The notes under the pieces are model-generated. The model searched no databases, was not told the DNA's origin, and saw only the letters and a list, made by a program, of their open reading frames with translations. Positions 9,610 through 17,980 of a stretch of 25,183 nt of DNA are shown here, piece by piece. A program made the translations under genes and the position numbers. This DNA comes from an uncultured bacterium (GTDB taxonomy: Bacteria > Krumholzibacteriota > Krumholzibacteriia > WVZY01 > JAKEHA01): assembly GCA_964443465.1 (NCBI GenBank), contig CAYUDF010000002.1, positions 1 through 25,183 on the forward strand. Reading direction: 5' to 3'. Each line of letters starts with the position of its first letter. Positions within the stretch are counted from its first letter, which is position 1.

Positions 9610-10833
9610 TCACTGCGTAGTCGACATCTCCGTAAACCTGTATATATTTCCGTTGTCCGCAAACTGGAGAACATACAGTTCCCGCGCCTCATCCACACCG
9701 AAGCTTGAAATCCGGAACGGCGCCGCCTCGATTTCCTCACTCGTCGACGGGGCGGTTCCGTTGTATTCCAGGGTCCACACGCGGCCCGTCGCATAATCCG
9801 CGTAGATATAAACTCCGGTAAGGGAGGTCACCGTTGGTCCCCGGTAAACGTGTCCCCCGGTAATCGAATTTCCCAGGCTGCGCCCGTATTCCCACACCGG
9901 GTCGACCATGTCGGGCGATGGGCAAACAACCGATGGGTCACCCGGATCACTGGGGTCCGCGCCGTAGACGTGCGCTCCCTCCCGGCAGTCCCATCCGTAA
10001 TTCTTGCCGGCTTCCACGACGTTGACCTCTTCATAGCGCCTTTGCCCCACGTCGCCGGCCCACAGCCGTCCGGTCACATGATCAAAACTGAAACGCCACG
10101 GATTTCGCAAACCAAAAGCGTAGATCTCTTCACGGTATCCGGAAGCATTCCCCTCGAAAGGATTGTCGCCTGGTATCCCGTAGTTACCCAGATCGGACGA
10201 GTCGACGTCGAGACGCAGGATGGCGCCGAGCAACGTCGCGCGGTTTTGTCCATTATCGTCGGGATCTCCCCCCCCACCACCGTCACCCACTGCGACGTAC
10301 AGATAGCCGTCCGCGCCGAAAGCGAGTTGTCCGCCGTTGTGGTTGGACCGGCTGTGGGGAATGTCGAGTAAAATCGCTTCGCTGGTGACGTCGGCGGAAT
10401 CCGGATTGGTGGCACTGACTGTGTAACGCGCAATACGAACGACCCCGGCCGAAACGGGAGTGTAATACACAAAAAACTGGCCGTTGGCGGCATAGTCGGG
10501 GTGGAAAGCCAGTCCAAGCAGTCCTTTTTCGAGTCCGTCCGAGGCCACCGCCGTCGTTATATCCACAAAAGTGTCCGTTGTCGCCACGCTGTCCACGTTG
10601 ACAAATACTCGTATGCGACCCGCTCTTTCGACGACAAAAATCCGGTCGCTGCCGTCGCCGGCGTTCTGGAGGTCGACAGCGTTGTCGAACAACAGGTTCG
10701 GAAACGCGACGACGAGGTCGTAGTTGTACACCGGCGGAACCCCCGGCGTACCGGGTGTTTCGCTGTTTTCACACCCGGTCTGGGCGAGCGACACCAACAG
10801 CAGAAATATCAGTGAACTGTATACGATTTTCAT
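9610..10833 (-). CDS. PQQ-dependent sugar dehydrogenase (glucose/sorbosone dehydrogenase beta-propeller), exported, possible lipoprotein
   Basis: Signal peptide ending in a TGC lipobox-like site. Motifs GLLGLAFHPD, NHNGGQLAFG.DGYLYVAVGDGG, IYAFGLRNPWRFSFD, NYGW and SITGGHVYRG. Confidence 0.9.
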   Translation of the reverse strand: MKIVYSSLIFLLLVSLAQTGCENSETPGTPGVPPVYNYDLVVAFPNLLFDNAVDLQNAGDGSDRIFVVERAGRIRVFVNVDSVATTDTFVDITTAVASDGLEKGLLGLAFHPDYAANGQFFVYYTPVSAGVVRIARYTVSATNPDSADVTSEAILLDIPHSRSNHNGGQLAFGADGYLYVAVGDGGGGGDPDDNGQNRATLLGAILRLDVDSSDLGNYGIPGDNPFEGNASGYREEIYAFGLRNPWRFSFDHVTGRLWAGDVGQRRYEEVNVVEAGKNYGWDCREGAHVYGADPSDPGDPSVVCPSPDMVDPVWEYGRSLGNSITGGHVYRGPTVTSLTGVYIYADYATGRVWTLEYNGTAPSTSEEIEAAPFRISSFGVDEARELYVLQFADNGNIYRFTEMSTTQ

Positions 10834-10836
10834 TTT

Positions 10837-11553
10837 TTACTCCCGGTCCCCGGAGGTCTCCGCTTCGAAACAATCGAGCAACGAGTTTAGAATTGTGTGG
10901 GTCGTCTGTAAACGGCTTTTGTCGGCCAATATTGTTTCGGGTTGTTGCATATAGGGCGCGGATTCAATCTCGTTTCGGCAGTTCTCCACCAGATCTTCTA
11001 CACCCCGTTCCGTCATCTCCAGATGGAACTGGAGGCCGATAGCCCGTCCCCCGTAAACAAAAGCCTGGTTGGTGCACGCTTTTGATTCCGCGATATTTAC
11101 CGCGCCACGGGGAATATCAAAGGTTTCGCCGTGCCAGTGCAACGGACGGAACTTTCGCGGCAACCCGCGTGTAACCGGAAACGTGGCGGCGTCCCGCGTG
11201 AGCTTAACGTCGAACCACCCGATTTCCCGGTACCGGTTTCTGAAAACATTTGCGCCCAGCACCGAGGCGAGTAACTGGGCCCCGAGACATACTCCAATAA
11301 TGATTTTCCTTTTTTCGAGTGCAGCTTCGATGAAACGTTTTTCACCGGTCAACCACGGGTGGGCTTTTTCGTCGCCGATGCTCATGGGCCCACCCATCAC
11401 CACCAGCCAGTCCAGCGTTTCGATAGCCGGCAGACCGAGGGCTTCACCGGCGTACATCCGTGTCGCCGTCACGCTGTGCCCGTGTTCCTCCGCCCAGACC
11501 AGGATCTGCCCCGGAGTTTCAAACGGCACATGCTGGATACAATGTATATTCAT
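10837..11553 (-). CDS. Class I glutamine amidotransferase (GuaA-like stand-alone domain)
   Basis: IQHVPFETPG, VMGGPM, nucleophile elbow GVCLGAQ, WHGET and His-Glu pair QFHLE. ATG at 11553 lies 1 bp after the DUF547 stop. Confidence 0.9.
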   Translation of the reverse strand: MNIHCIQHVPFETPGQILVWAEEHGHSVTATRMYAGEALGLPAIETLDWLVVMGGPMSIGDEKAHPWLTGEKRFIEAALEKRKIIIGVCLGAQLLASVLGANVFRNRYREIGWFDVKLTRDAATFPVTRGLPRKFRPLHWHGETFDIPRGAVNIAESKACTNQAFVYGGRAIGLQFHLEMTERGVEDLVENCRNEIESAPYMQQPETILADKSRLQTTHTILNSLLDCFEAETSGDRE

Positions 11554-11554
11554 T

Positions 11555-12388
11555 TTACTGCTCGTTGAGGCTCCAGTCGTAGTCCAGGTGTTTGATCTTG
11601 TAGTTATCCGCTGCCAGATACTCCTGGTCCTCGTTTTCGACATACCGGCTTACGAAATTGATTACGGCCTGTGTTTTCTCGCTACGTTTTCCCGCGGGAT
11701 CGCCCGTACCGTAGCGCGAAACAAAATCGCCGCCGAACCAGTCAAAAATCGCCGACAGGCGCACAATGCCCGCCTTACGATCGATCCGGAACCGGGTATC
11801 TCCGGCCATAAACCGCGCTGACTGGTCTTCCAGTTGTGCATCCAGATTATCTCCCGTGTATGGCTCGTTTCTCAACATCGGACACGACAACGCGGCGCAC
11901 ACCAGCGCCATATGAATACGGGGCTCATCAAACCCGGCCCTTAACATTTTGTGTTCGATCGTATCCAGTGTAATCGACTCACCCATCACACGGAACTGGA
12001 CTTCCTTCCACGCTCCGGAGATCTGCCGGATACTGTTTTTTGGATACACAATGGATTTAAGTCTCGATGACTTGATCGGGTAATTGTCGACGATCAGTTT
12101 CACCGTCAGACCGTTGTACGCGTTGATCCAGAACGCGATTTTTACCTCGTCGCTCCACGATACATACGTTTCGCGGTCCAGCGCGTCCAGCGATCGGGCG
12201 TACGTTTCCAGCCGCGAACCATTGTCTCGAAGTGCGGCATAATCCACAAGGCCGTTGTCGTCCACGTAATCCGACAATACCGACGCATAACTATCGCAGG
12301 CAAACTCCGACGCAGCTACCGGCGACACACCGATCAGGAAAATCAGAACACAAACAGCAACGGAATTCGCAATGGAGTAAGATTTCAC
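11555..12388 (-). CDS. DUF547 domain protein with N-terminal signal peptide
   Basis: VDYAAL, AFWINAYN, TLD.IEH..LR, EPRIHMALVCAALSCP, LSAIFDWFGGDF and YDWSLN are DUF547 motifs. The GTG start overlaps the upstream stop (GTGA). Confidence 0.9.
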   Translation of the reverse strand: MKSYSIANSVAVCVLIFLIGVSPVAASEFACDSYASVLSDYVDDNGLVDYAALRDNGSRLETYARSLDALDRETYVSWSDEVKIAFWINAYNGLTVKLIVDNYPIKSSRLKSIVYPKNSIRQISGAWKEVQFRVMGESITLDTIEHKMLRAGFDEPRIHMALVCAALSCPMLRNEPYTGDNLDAQLEDQSARFMAGDTRFRIDRKAGIVRLSAIFDWFGGDFVSRYGTGDPAGKRSEKTQAVINFVSRYVENEDQEYLAADNYKIKHLDYDWSLNEQ

Positions 12389-13092
12389 CGGTTTTTCCTT
12401 CTGGCTTTGAGATACAAAGGGTAATACTGGAATATCGTTGTTATGATCTTTGTCCCCGCCAGGACCGTTCCCCTTACAGTACCCGTGATCTTGGATTTAC
12501 CGATCCGCTTGCGGTACCGTACAGGGACTTCGAGTATCCTGCTGCCGTACGCGATCGCTTTGGCCTGCATCTCCACGTTCCACCCAAACGTCGGGTCGGT
12601 CATACCGTACGCAATGAGGTGGTCGCGCCGGATCGCCCTGAAGGGCCCCATGTCGGTAAATTGTTTCCGATAGAGCAACCGCATCAGAAAAACTGCCAGC
12701 ATGTTGCCCCAGCGCTGATTCCACGGCAGAGCACCCTTTTCCGCCTTGCCCGCCACACGCGATCCGATCACAAAATCCGCCAGGCCGTCCAGGATCGGTT
12801 TCAGCAGAAGACCGAGGTCTTCCGGATAGTCAGAGTGATCTCCATCCAGAATCACAATGACATCGGTATTGTTGTCAGTGAGAGAAATTCCCTTCAGGCA
12901 GGCGGCGCCGTATCCCCGCCGGTTTTCGCGAACAACGGTTGCGCCGTGACCGGTCGCAACTTCTCCCGTGCGGTCGGTCGAGCCGTTATCTACAACGATC
13001 ACCCGATCGACAAAGTCCGCGGGAATTTCGTCCAGAACCAGTCCGATCGACTGCTCCTCGTTAAATGCCGGAATGACAACAATTGTATTCAT
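12385..13092 (-). CDS. Glycosyltransferase family 2, DPM1 / polyprenyl-phosphate sugar synthase-like
   Basis: VIPAFNEE, VDNGSTD, GYGAAC, DxD motif LDGD, DMGPFRAI, FGWNVEMQ and YRKRIG.SK. No C-terminal TM block. The ATGA start overlaps the upstream stop. Confidence 0.9.
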   Translation of the reverse strand: MNTIVVIPAFNEEQSIGLVLDEIPADFVDRVIVVDNGSTDRTGEVATGHGATVVRENRRGYGAACLKGISLTDNNTDVIVILDGDHSDYPEDLGLLLKPILDGLADFVIGSRVAGKAEKGALPWNQRWGNMLAVFLMRLLYRKQFTDMGPFRAIRRDHLIAYGMTDPTFGWNVEMQAKAIAYGSRILEVPVRYRKRIGKSKITGTVRGTVLAGTKIITTIFQYYPLYLKARRKNR

Positions 13093-14369
13093 GATTGTTC
13101 CAACGGTTTGTCTTTTCGGAAAAAATCATACACGAGCAGTCCGTAAAACGGAAGATACTCAAAAAGATAGTTGTGCCAGGGCAGGTACCAGGCGCCCTCC
13201 ACCGCAAAAACGCCCCATACTCGGTAAGACACAAAAACCAGGCCGGTAAAAAGGATCCACGCGCGGTTGGGGAAAAAGCACAAAAACGGGATAATCCACG
13301 ATACGTACCACGGGTACAGCGTCGGCGCCAGCAACAGGCCGGCCCCGATGACCACCAGTCCGTAGCGCAACACGTCTTTTTCCCTGAGAGCTCTGTGTAC
13401 CACCACAACAACCAGAAGTAACACGAGCAGGCCACGGGTCAACCGCGGGTCCCGCAGAATACGAAGCAGAAGATCAAACACCAGCCCGTTAAAATGCCAC
13501 TCCGCTCCGTAGACTTTCAGGCTGTCAAACAACCCGGCGCCGGCGCCGGCAAACGGCAGGTACCCGGCGACAACCACCAGGGCCGCCACAGCCACCCCGA
13601 TGAAGTGACTCTTGTTGCGAAGAAAAAACGGAATAAAAACGGCGGCAAGATACTTTGCGAGAATGGACAGTCCCAGTACAGCGAGACCTCGGGTTTTATT
13701 GCCCCGACAGATCAGCCACAGCGCCAGCATCAAAAAGAATATACCGATGCTGTCCAGATGTCCGGAGTGACCGGTTTCAAAAATAACCAGGGGATTCCAT
13801 GCGTAAATGATGCTGTCCACCGGATTTTCCCGCCGGCTCCTCAACAACAGCATTATCACCGCGATAACACCCAGGTCAAAAATGACAAAAAACGTCTTCT
13901 GCGTTTGTGGAACCGGCTTTATCCACGCGGCGAGGGCAAACACGACCTGCGAAAGCGGCGGATAAATCGTGGGCATGTGTTTGTGGCTGACGCCTGGGTA
14001 GTTGGTGTCCCTGAGAGACTCCAGTTCGGGTGAATCGGGCGGCAGCGCAAACGGATTAAAACCGTTTGTGATTAACCTGCCTTCCCACACGTAACGGTAT
14101 ATATCGGTGGACAACACCGGTTCCGCCGGGATAAGAACGGCCCTGCTTACCGACGCCACCAGAAAAATATAAATCAGTGTGAAGCGCGTGGTGGCGGGTG
14201 ATTTTTTTCGAACAACGAGGGCGGTTATATAAGCCACAAATACGGCGGCAAACAGCAGGAGGAACAAATCCACGCGTGTGTTTAATCCGTCGATGGCTGC
14301 GATCAACAGAAACAATGACGCGATCGCGGCGCCGGCGCCCACGAAAATCCATCGGCTGTTCCGGTCCAT
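13089..14369 (-). CDS. Polytopic GT-C-fold glycosyltransferase (GT87 / DUF2029-like)
   Basis: Many hydrophobic helices. The large first loop has STDIYRYVWEG...NPF..PP and TIYPPLSQ, followed by YAWNPLVIFE..SGHLD and PWY. Start placed at ATG 14369, 1 bp after the upstream stop. Confidence 0.8.
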   Translation of the reverse strand: MDRNSRWIFVGAGAAIASLFLLIAAIDGLNTRVDLFLLLFAAVFVAYITALVVRKKSPATTRFTLIYIFLVASVSRAVLIPAEPVLSTDIYRYVWEGRLITNGFNPFALPPDSPELESLRDTNYPGVSHKHMPTIYPPLSQVVFALAAWIKPVPQTQKTFFVIFDLGVIAVIMLLLRSRRENPVDSIIYAWNPLVIFETGHSGHLDSIGIFFLMLALWLICRGNKTRGLAVLGLSILAKYLAAVFIPFFLRNKSHFIGVAVAALVVVAGYLPFAGAGAGLFDSLKVYGAEWHFNGLVFDLLLRILRDPRLTRGLLVLLLVVVVVHRALREKDVLRYGLVVIGAGLLLAPTLYPWYVSWIIPFLCFFPNRAWILFTGLVFVSYRVWGVFAVEGAWYLPWHNYLFEYLPFYGLLVYDFFRKDKPLEQS

Positions 14370-14370
14370 G

Positions 14371-15834
14371 CTATCGTTTCGCGTGAAGAATGGAGAGGCC
14401 AAATACGTACACGTAACCCGCCACGAACAACATCACGTACGGAAGCGCCGCCCAGTTCCTCAAAATCACGAGGGTTATCAGCGCCGCGCACATGTAGACA
14501 GTCAGTATAAACTCGATTACAAAAGACGGCTTCCGGATGGAACGGTAGATTTTGCCCTTCCACCGATCCTTGAGGTCTTCGATCCTGTATTTCGCTGTGC
14601 GCACAAACGGCGTATCGCGCCCGATCAACGCTTCCGTCACCGCCCAGGCGTTATTGATACACATACCAATTCCCAAAGCCAGTATGAACGGGATGTCCCT
14701 GCCGCGCCACCTCCAATCGGGATACAGTTCGCGCTGCGCGACAAGATAGAAGAAAAAAATCGACAGGGTCGTCAGCCCGAAAATCAGCATTTCCAGCAAC
14801 AGCGACCCGCGGGCCACCGCGTGGGAGCGCAAAATTACGGACAACGGCATCAGCGCCGACAGCAACACCAGCAACAGGTAACTCAGGTTGGCGCTCAAGT
14901 GAAACGTCGCCTCCAGTTTGATGCGCAGCGGAACACGGCTCCGCCAGATCCTGCCGAGTAGTTTTCTGCCCACCTGGATGGACCCCTTGGTCCAGCGGTG
15001 CTGCTGCGTTTTGAACCCGAAGATATCGACGGGAAGTTCGCTCGGACATACCACGTCCGGCATAAATACAAATTTCCACCCGTCCAGCTGTGCCCGGTAT
15101 GACAGGTCGAGGTCCTCGGTGAGCGTATCCCCCTGCCAGCCGCCGGCGCTGAGGATCGCCCGCCGGCGAAACACGCCGCCGGTGCCGTTAAAATTGAAGA
15201 ACCGCCCCGACAAGTATCTCGCCGTATGCTCCAGTATGAAATGACCGTCGAGAAGAATCGATTGCACGCGGGTAAGCAGTGAATATTCACGGTTCAGATA
15301 CCCCCAGCGCGTCTGGACCATTCCGACTTTCGGGTTCTGGAATTGCGGCACCGTCTTTTCCAGAAAATCGGAAGGCGGAATGAAATCGGCGTCAAATACC
15401 GCAACCAGTTCGTCCGGTGTCTCCTCCAGGCCCTCCTTCAGGGCTCCAGCCTTGAATCCTTCGCGGACCACACGGTGCCGGTAATCGACGTTAAAACCGC
15501 CGGCGCGCAGGTCGTCTGCCGCCTTCCGGGCCACCGTACATGTATCGTCCGTCGAATCGTCCAGGACCTGGATCCGCAACAGGTGTTTCGGGTATCGGAT
15601 GTTTGCCGCCGCTTTAATGACCCGCTCGGCGACATAGTACTCGTTGTACAGCGGTAACTGGATTGTCACGGCCGGATAATCGGCGGGGTCCATTACCGGG
15701 GGCGCCGGCTGTTTGCGAAATTTGTAGTGCTTGAAATACAGGAACAGGATGAAATAGCGGTGCACGCCGTAGATCGACAGGACCAGCAGTATTCCGAAAT
15801 ATGCGTATACAGTAAGTGTCGCGAGCGCTTCCAT
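14371..15834 (-). CDS. Membrane glycosyltransferase family 2, cellulose-synthase-like (processive D,D,D,QxxRW type)
   Basis: QLPLYNE, DDSTD, FKAGAL, FDADF, TED and QQHRW. One N-terminal and several C-terminal TM helices. Confidence 0.9.
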   Translation of the reverse strand: MEALATLTVYAYFGILLVLSIYGVHRYFILFLYFKHYKFRKQPAPPVMDPADYPAVTIQLPLYNEYYVAERVIKAAANIRYPKHLLRIQVLDDSTDDTCTVARKAADDLRAGGFNVDYRHRVVREGFKAGALKEGLEETPDELVAVFDADFIPPSDFLEKTVPQFQNPKVGMVQTRWGYLNREYSLLTRVQSILLDGHFILEHTARYLSGRFFNFNGTGGVFRRRAILSAGGWQGDTLTEDLDLSYRAQLDGWKFVFMPDVVCPSELPVDIFGFKTQQHRWTKGSIQVGRKLLGRIWRSRVPLRIKLEATFHLSANLSYLLLVLLSALMPLSVILRSHAVARGSLLLEMLIFGLTTLSIFFFYLVAQRELYPDWRWRGRDIPFILALGIGMCINNAWAVTEALIGRDTPFVRTAKYRIEDLKDRWKGKIYRSIRKPSFVIEFILTVYMCAALITLVILRNWAALPYVMLFVAGYVYVFGLSILHAKR

Positions 15835-15873
15835 ATTACCTGTTATTTAAAGAGATTTCTCGTGCGAGAAGGT

Positions 15874-16839
15874 TCATGATAAAACGCCGCCGCAAGACGA
15901 TCCGCGTCCGGCGGTGCACCCGAAACAGTGCAAACCCGTTTCGATCTGCCGCTTGTGCAGGGCCGGATCAAAATCGCGCACGTGTGTCGGCATTCCGTGA
16001 TTGACCTTCAGCTTGAGGGCCAGATTAAAATCACAATCGTACATGTAGCCTTCCCAGTCGATGTTGATCTGGTGGCGGCACATCAAGCCGTCTATAGTCG
16101 CCGGATTAAACGATTCGCGCAACAGCGTTTTGTAACTCTCGGCTTTATCCTGGCGCTTGAGATCGCTCATAAAACGCCCGATGGGCATGTTGGTAATCGT
16201 GATCAGCCTGGTAAACTCGATTCCGTGCCGCTCGAGCAGCTCCCTGCGGTAGTCCTGTTCCAGTGATTCCTGGTCGGGAGGCAGGTGCGGTCCGATCGGG
16301 TTGTAAACCAGGTCCAGCGTCAGTTTCGGGTCGCGGCCGTACCCCAATTTGTTCAGTTTTCTGATGACTTCAACCGATTGTTTGTAGACGCCTTCACCGC
16401 GCTGCTGGTTGACGTTTTCTTCCAGGTAACACGGCAACGACGCGACCAGTTTCGCACCTTGTTGTTTCAAAAACTCCGGCATGTCCTCGTAACCCGGCTC
16501 CAGCATTATGGTGAGATTGGTCCGTACCTGCACGGTGAGTCCGAAGTCACGCGCCGACGCGACCAGCCGCCTGAAATCAGGATTAATCTCCGGCGCGCCG
16601 CCGGTGATATCCAGATGGGAGCAGTTCACCTGCTTCGCCACGTCGAGCACCTGTTGCATGGTTTCCCACCCCATCTGTTCTTTTCGCCGGGGGGATGCGG
16701 CCACGTGGCAGTGCACACACTGTTGATTGCACACCAGGCCCACGTTGACCTGTACGATCGACACCTTGTCCGCGCGTAACGGCTGGCCCGTGGACTCCAC
16801 TATCTTGAGATCAAATTCGTTGCCCGTTTCCCTGTTCAT
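15874..16839 (-). CDS. arsS: Arsenosugar biosynthesis radical SAM protein ArsS (TIGR04167 / DUF3641 type)
   Basis: QVNVGLVCNQQCVHCHV.ASP.R.EQM (CxxxCxxC), LDITGGAPE, ASLPCY, NMPIGRF, MCR, DCDFN and C-terminal HCFGCTAGRGSSCGG. Its start overlaps the arsM stop (TGATG). Confidence 0.92.
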   Translation of the reverse strand: MNRETGNEFDLKIVESTGQPLRADKVSIVQVNVGLVCNQQCVHCHVAASPRRKEQMGWETMQQVLDVAKQVNCSHLDITGGAPEINPDFRRLVASARDFGLTVQVRTNLTIMLEPGYEDMPEFLKQQGAKLVASLPCYLEENVNQQRGEGVYKQSVEVIRKLNKLGYGRDPKLTLDLVYNPIGPHLPPDQESLEQDYRRELLERHGIEFTRLITITNMPIGRFMSDLKRQDKAESYKTLLRESFNPATIDGLMCRHQINIDWEGYMYDCDFNLALKLKVNHGMPTHVRDFDPALHKRQIETGLHCFGCTAGRGSSCGGVLS

Positions 16840-17891
16840 CAGCAGCAGGCTCCCCCTGTTGAGTTGTTTTGCCCTTCGTTGGCGGCCGACCCGCAGTCAA
16901 ACGGTCCGAAGTGAGTGCCGCGGTCGCCCTCGACCCTGAAGTGTTTGCCGTAGCGCGTCTTCGAAAGCATATCGGCGGTGTTTCCGCAAACCAGCATCGG
17001 TTTGCCTGTGGTGAACCGATGGTGATCGTCCAGATCAAAATGATGCGGTTGAAAAGGAATTGCGCCAAGGTAAGTCGCTGTCTGTCCGTAATCCTCGCAG
17101 ATATCCTCGAGTGTATGCAACTTGAAAACCCTGACGGTTTTTGAGTAGAAATCGATTCCACCCGCCCTGGCTTGTATTTCCTCGTTGTTCAAAGCTACAG
17201 GACTGCTGTTCAGCACCCGGTAGTCCCGAATCCCCACCTCCAGGAGTATCCGCCGGAAATCTTCCAGGTAAAGCGCACCCCCGAGGCACTCACCGTGTAA
17301 CACCGGATCTTCGCGCAGATGCCGGGGTACGCGGCGTCCGGAAAACACGTCGGAAAACAGAAGTTCACCACCCGGTTTGAGAACGCGGAATATCTCCGAA
17401 AAAACCCGCTTCTTGTCCGGCGACAAGTTGATGACGCAGTTGGAGATTACAACGTCCACCGATTCGTCTCCGATCCCCGACGCGGCCAGGTCTTCGATGT
17501 ATCCCTGGTGGAATTCAACGTTGGAGCGCTCGTATCCAAACCGGTCCGCCTGTCCCGGGGCGTGTTTCATGGCAACGGCCAGTTGCTCTTCCGTCATGTC
17601 GACACCGATTACGCGGCCATCGTTCCCGACGAGCTGTGAGGCGATGTACACATCGCGGCCGGTTCCGCAACCGAGGTCGAGGACAACCTTGCCGTCGAGC
17701 GCGGCTGGAATGGGAGATCCACAGCCGTAAAACTTGTCCAGGATTTCCGGGTGGACCTGCTGGAGTATCTCTTTGTAAACCTCGGGAAACGAATCTGCGG
17801 TACAACAGGCGCTGGTTTTGAGGTCCTGATTGTTCCGCAGGATCTTTCCGTAATATTCGCGCACCGAGGCTCTGTCGGCCGATTCCGACAT
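16839..17891 (-). CDS. arsM: Arsenite S-adenosylmethionine methyltransferase ArsM (AS3MT-like long form)
   Basis: V..YYGK.L....DLKTSACC, FYGCGSP, VLDLGCGTGRD, ISNCVINLSPDK, GECLGGA, C-terminal domain EDICEDYGQ...VCGNTA.ML and terminal CC. AAGGAG RBS. Confidence 0.92.
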   Translation of the reverse strand: MSESADRASVREYYGKILRNNQDLKTSACCTADSFPEVYKEILQQVHPEILDKFYGCGSPIPAALDGKVVLDLGCGTGRDVYIASQLVGNDGRVIGVDMTEEQLAVAMKHAPGQADRFGYERSNVEFHQGYIEDLAASGIGDESVDVVISNCVINLSPDKKRVFSEIFRVLKPGGELLFSDVFSGRRVPRHLREDPVLHGECLGGALYLEDFRRILLEVGIRDYRVLNSSPVALNNEEIQARAGGIDFYSKTVRVFKLHTLEDICEDYGQTATYLGAIPFQPHHFDLDDHHRFTTGKPMLVCGNTADMLSKTRYGKHFRVEGDRGTHFGPFDCGSAANEGQNNSTGGACC

Positions 17892-17980
17892 GATGGGATC
17901 TCCTTTTGTTCAAACTGCAATGAGACGCCCGAGAAGCCGGCGCCCGTAATGGGAGGTTGGTCGATGCCTCTGAGGATATC

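Noticed and set aside
9591-9794. ORF-track N-terminal extensions of menG (also GATase 11554-11643, thiG 20300-20413, thiO 19001-19051, LMWP 8774-8827)
   Set aside because: They overlap upstream genes or regulatory RNA, and family homology begins at the downstream starts used here.
15845-15876. Possible selenocysteine read-through of the arsS TGA, with a small hairpin (TTCTCG/CGAGAA) just downstream
   Set aside because: The family position that can be Sec (SSCGG) is already Cys here. Read-through would add only 9 non-conserved residues, and the hairpin is too close and too small for a bacterial SECIS.
15874-16839. Radical SAM gene next to arsM as arsinothricin ArsL
   Set aside because: The motifs (QVN.G..CNQ.C.HC, DCDFN, HCFGCTAG.GSSCGG) and the DUF547/GT neighbourhood match ArsS.
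16836-16844. ArsM ending CC-TGA read as a Sec-containing tail
   Set aside because: The next in-frame codon is also TGA, and the arsS start overlaps here, so this is a genuine stop.
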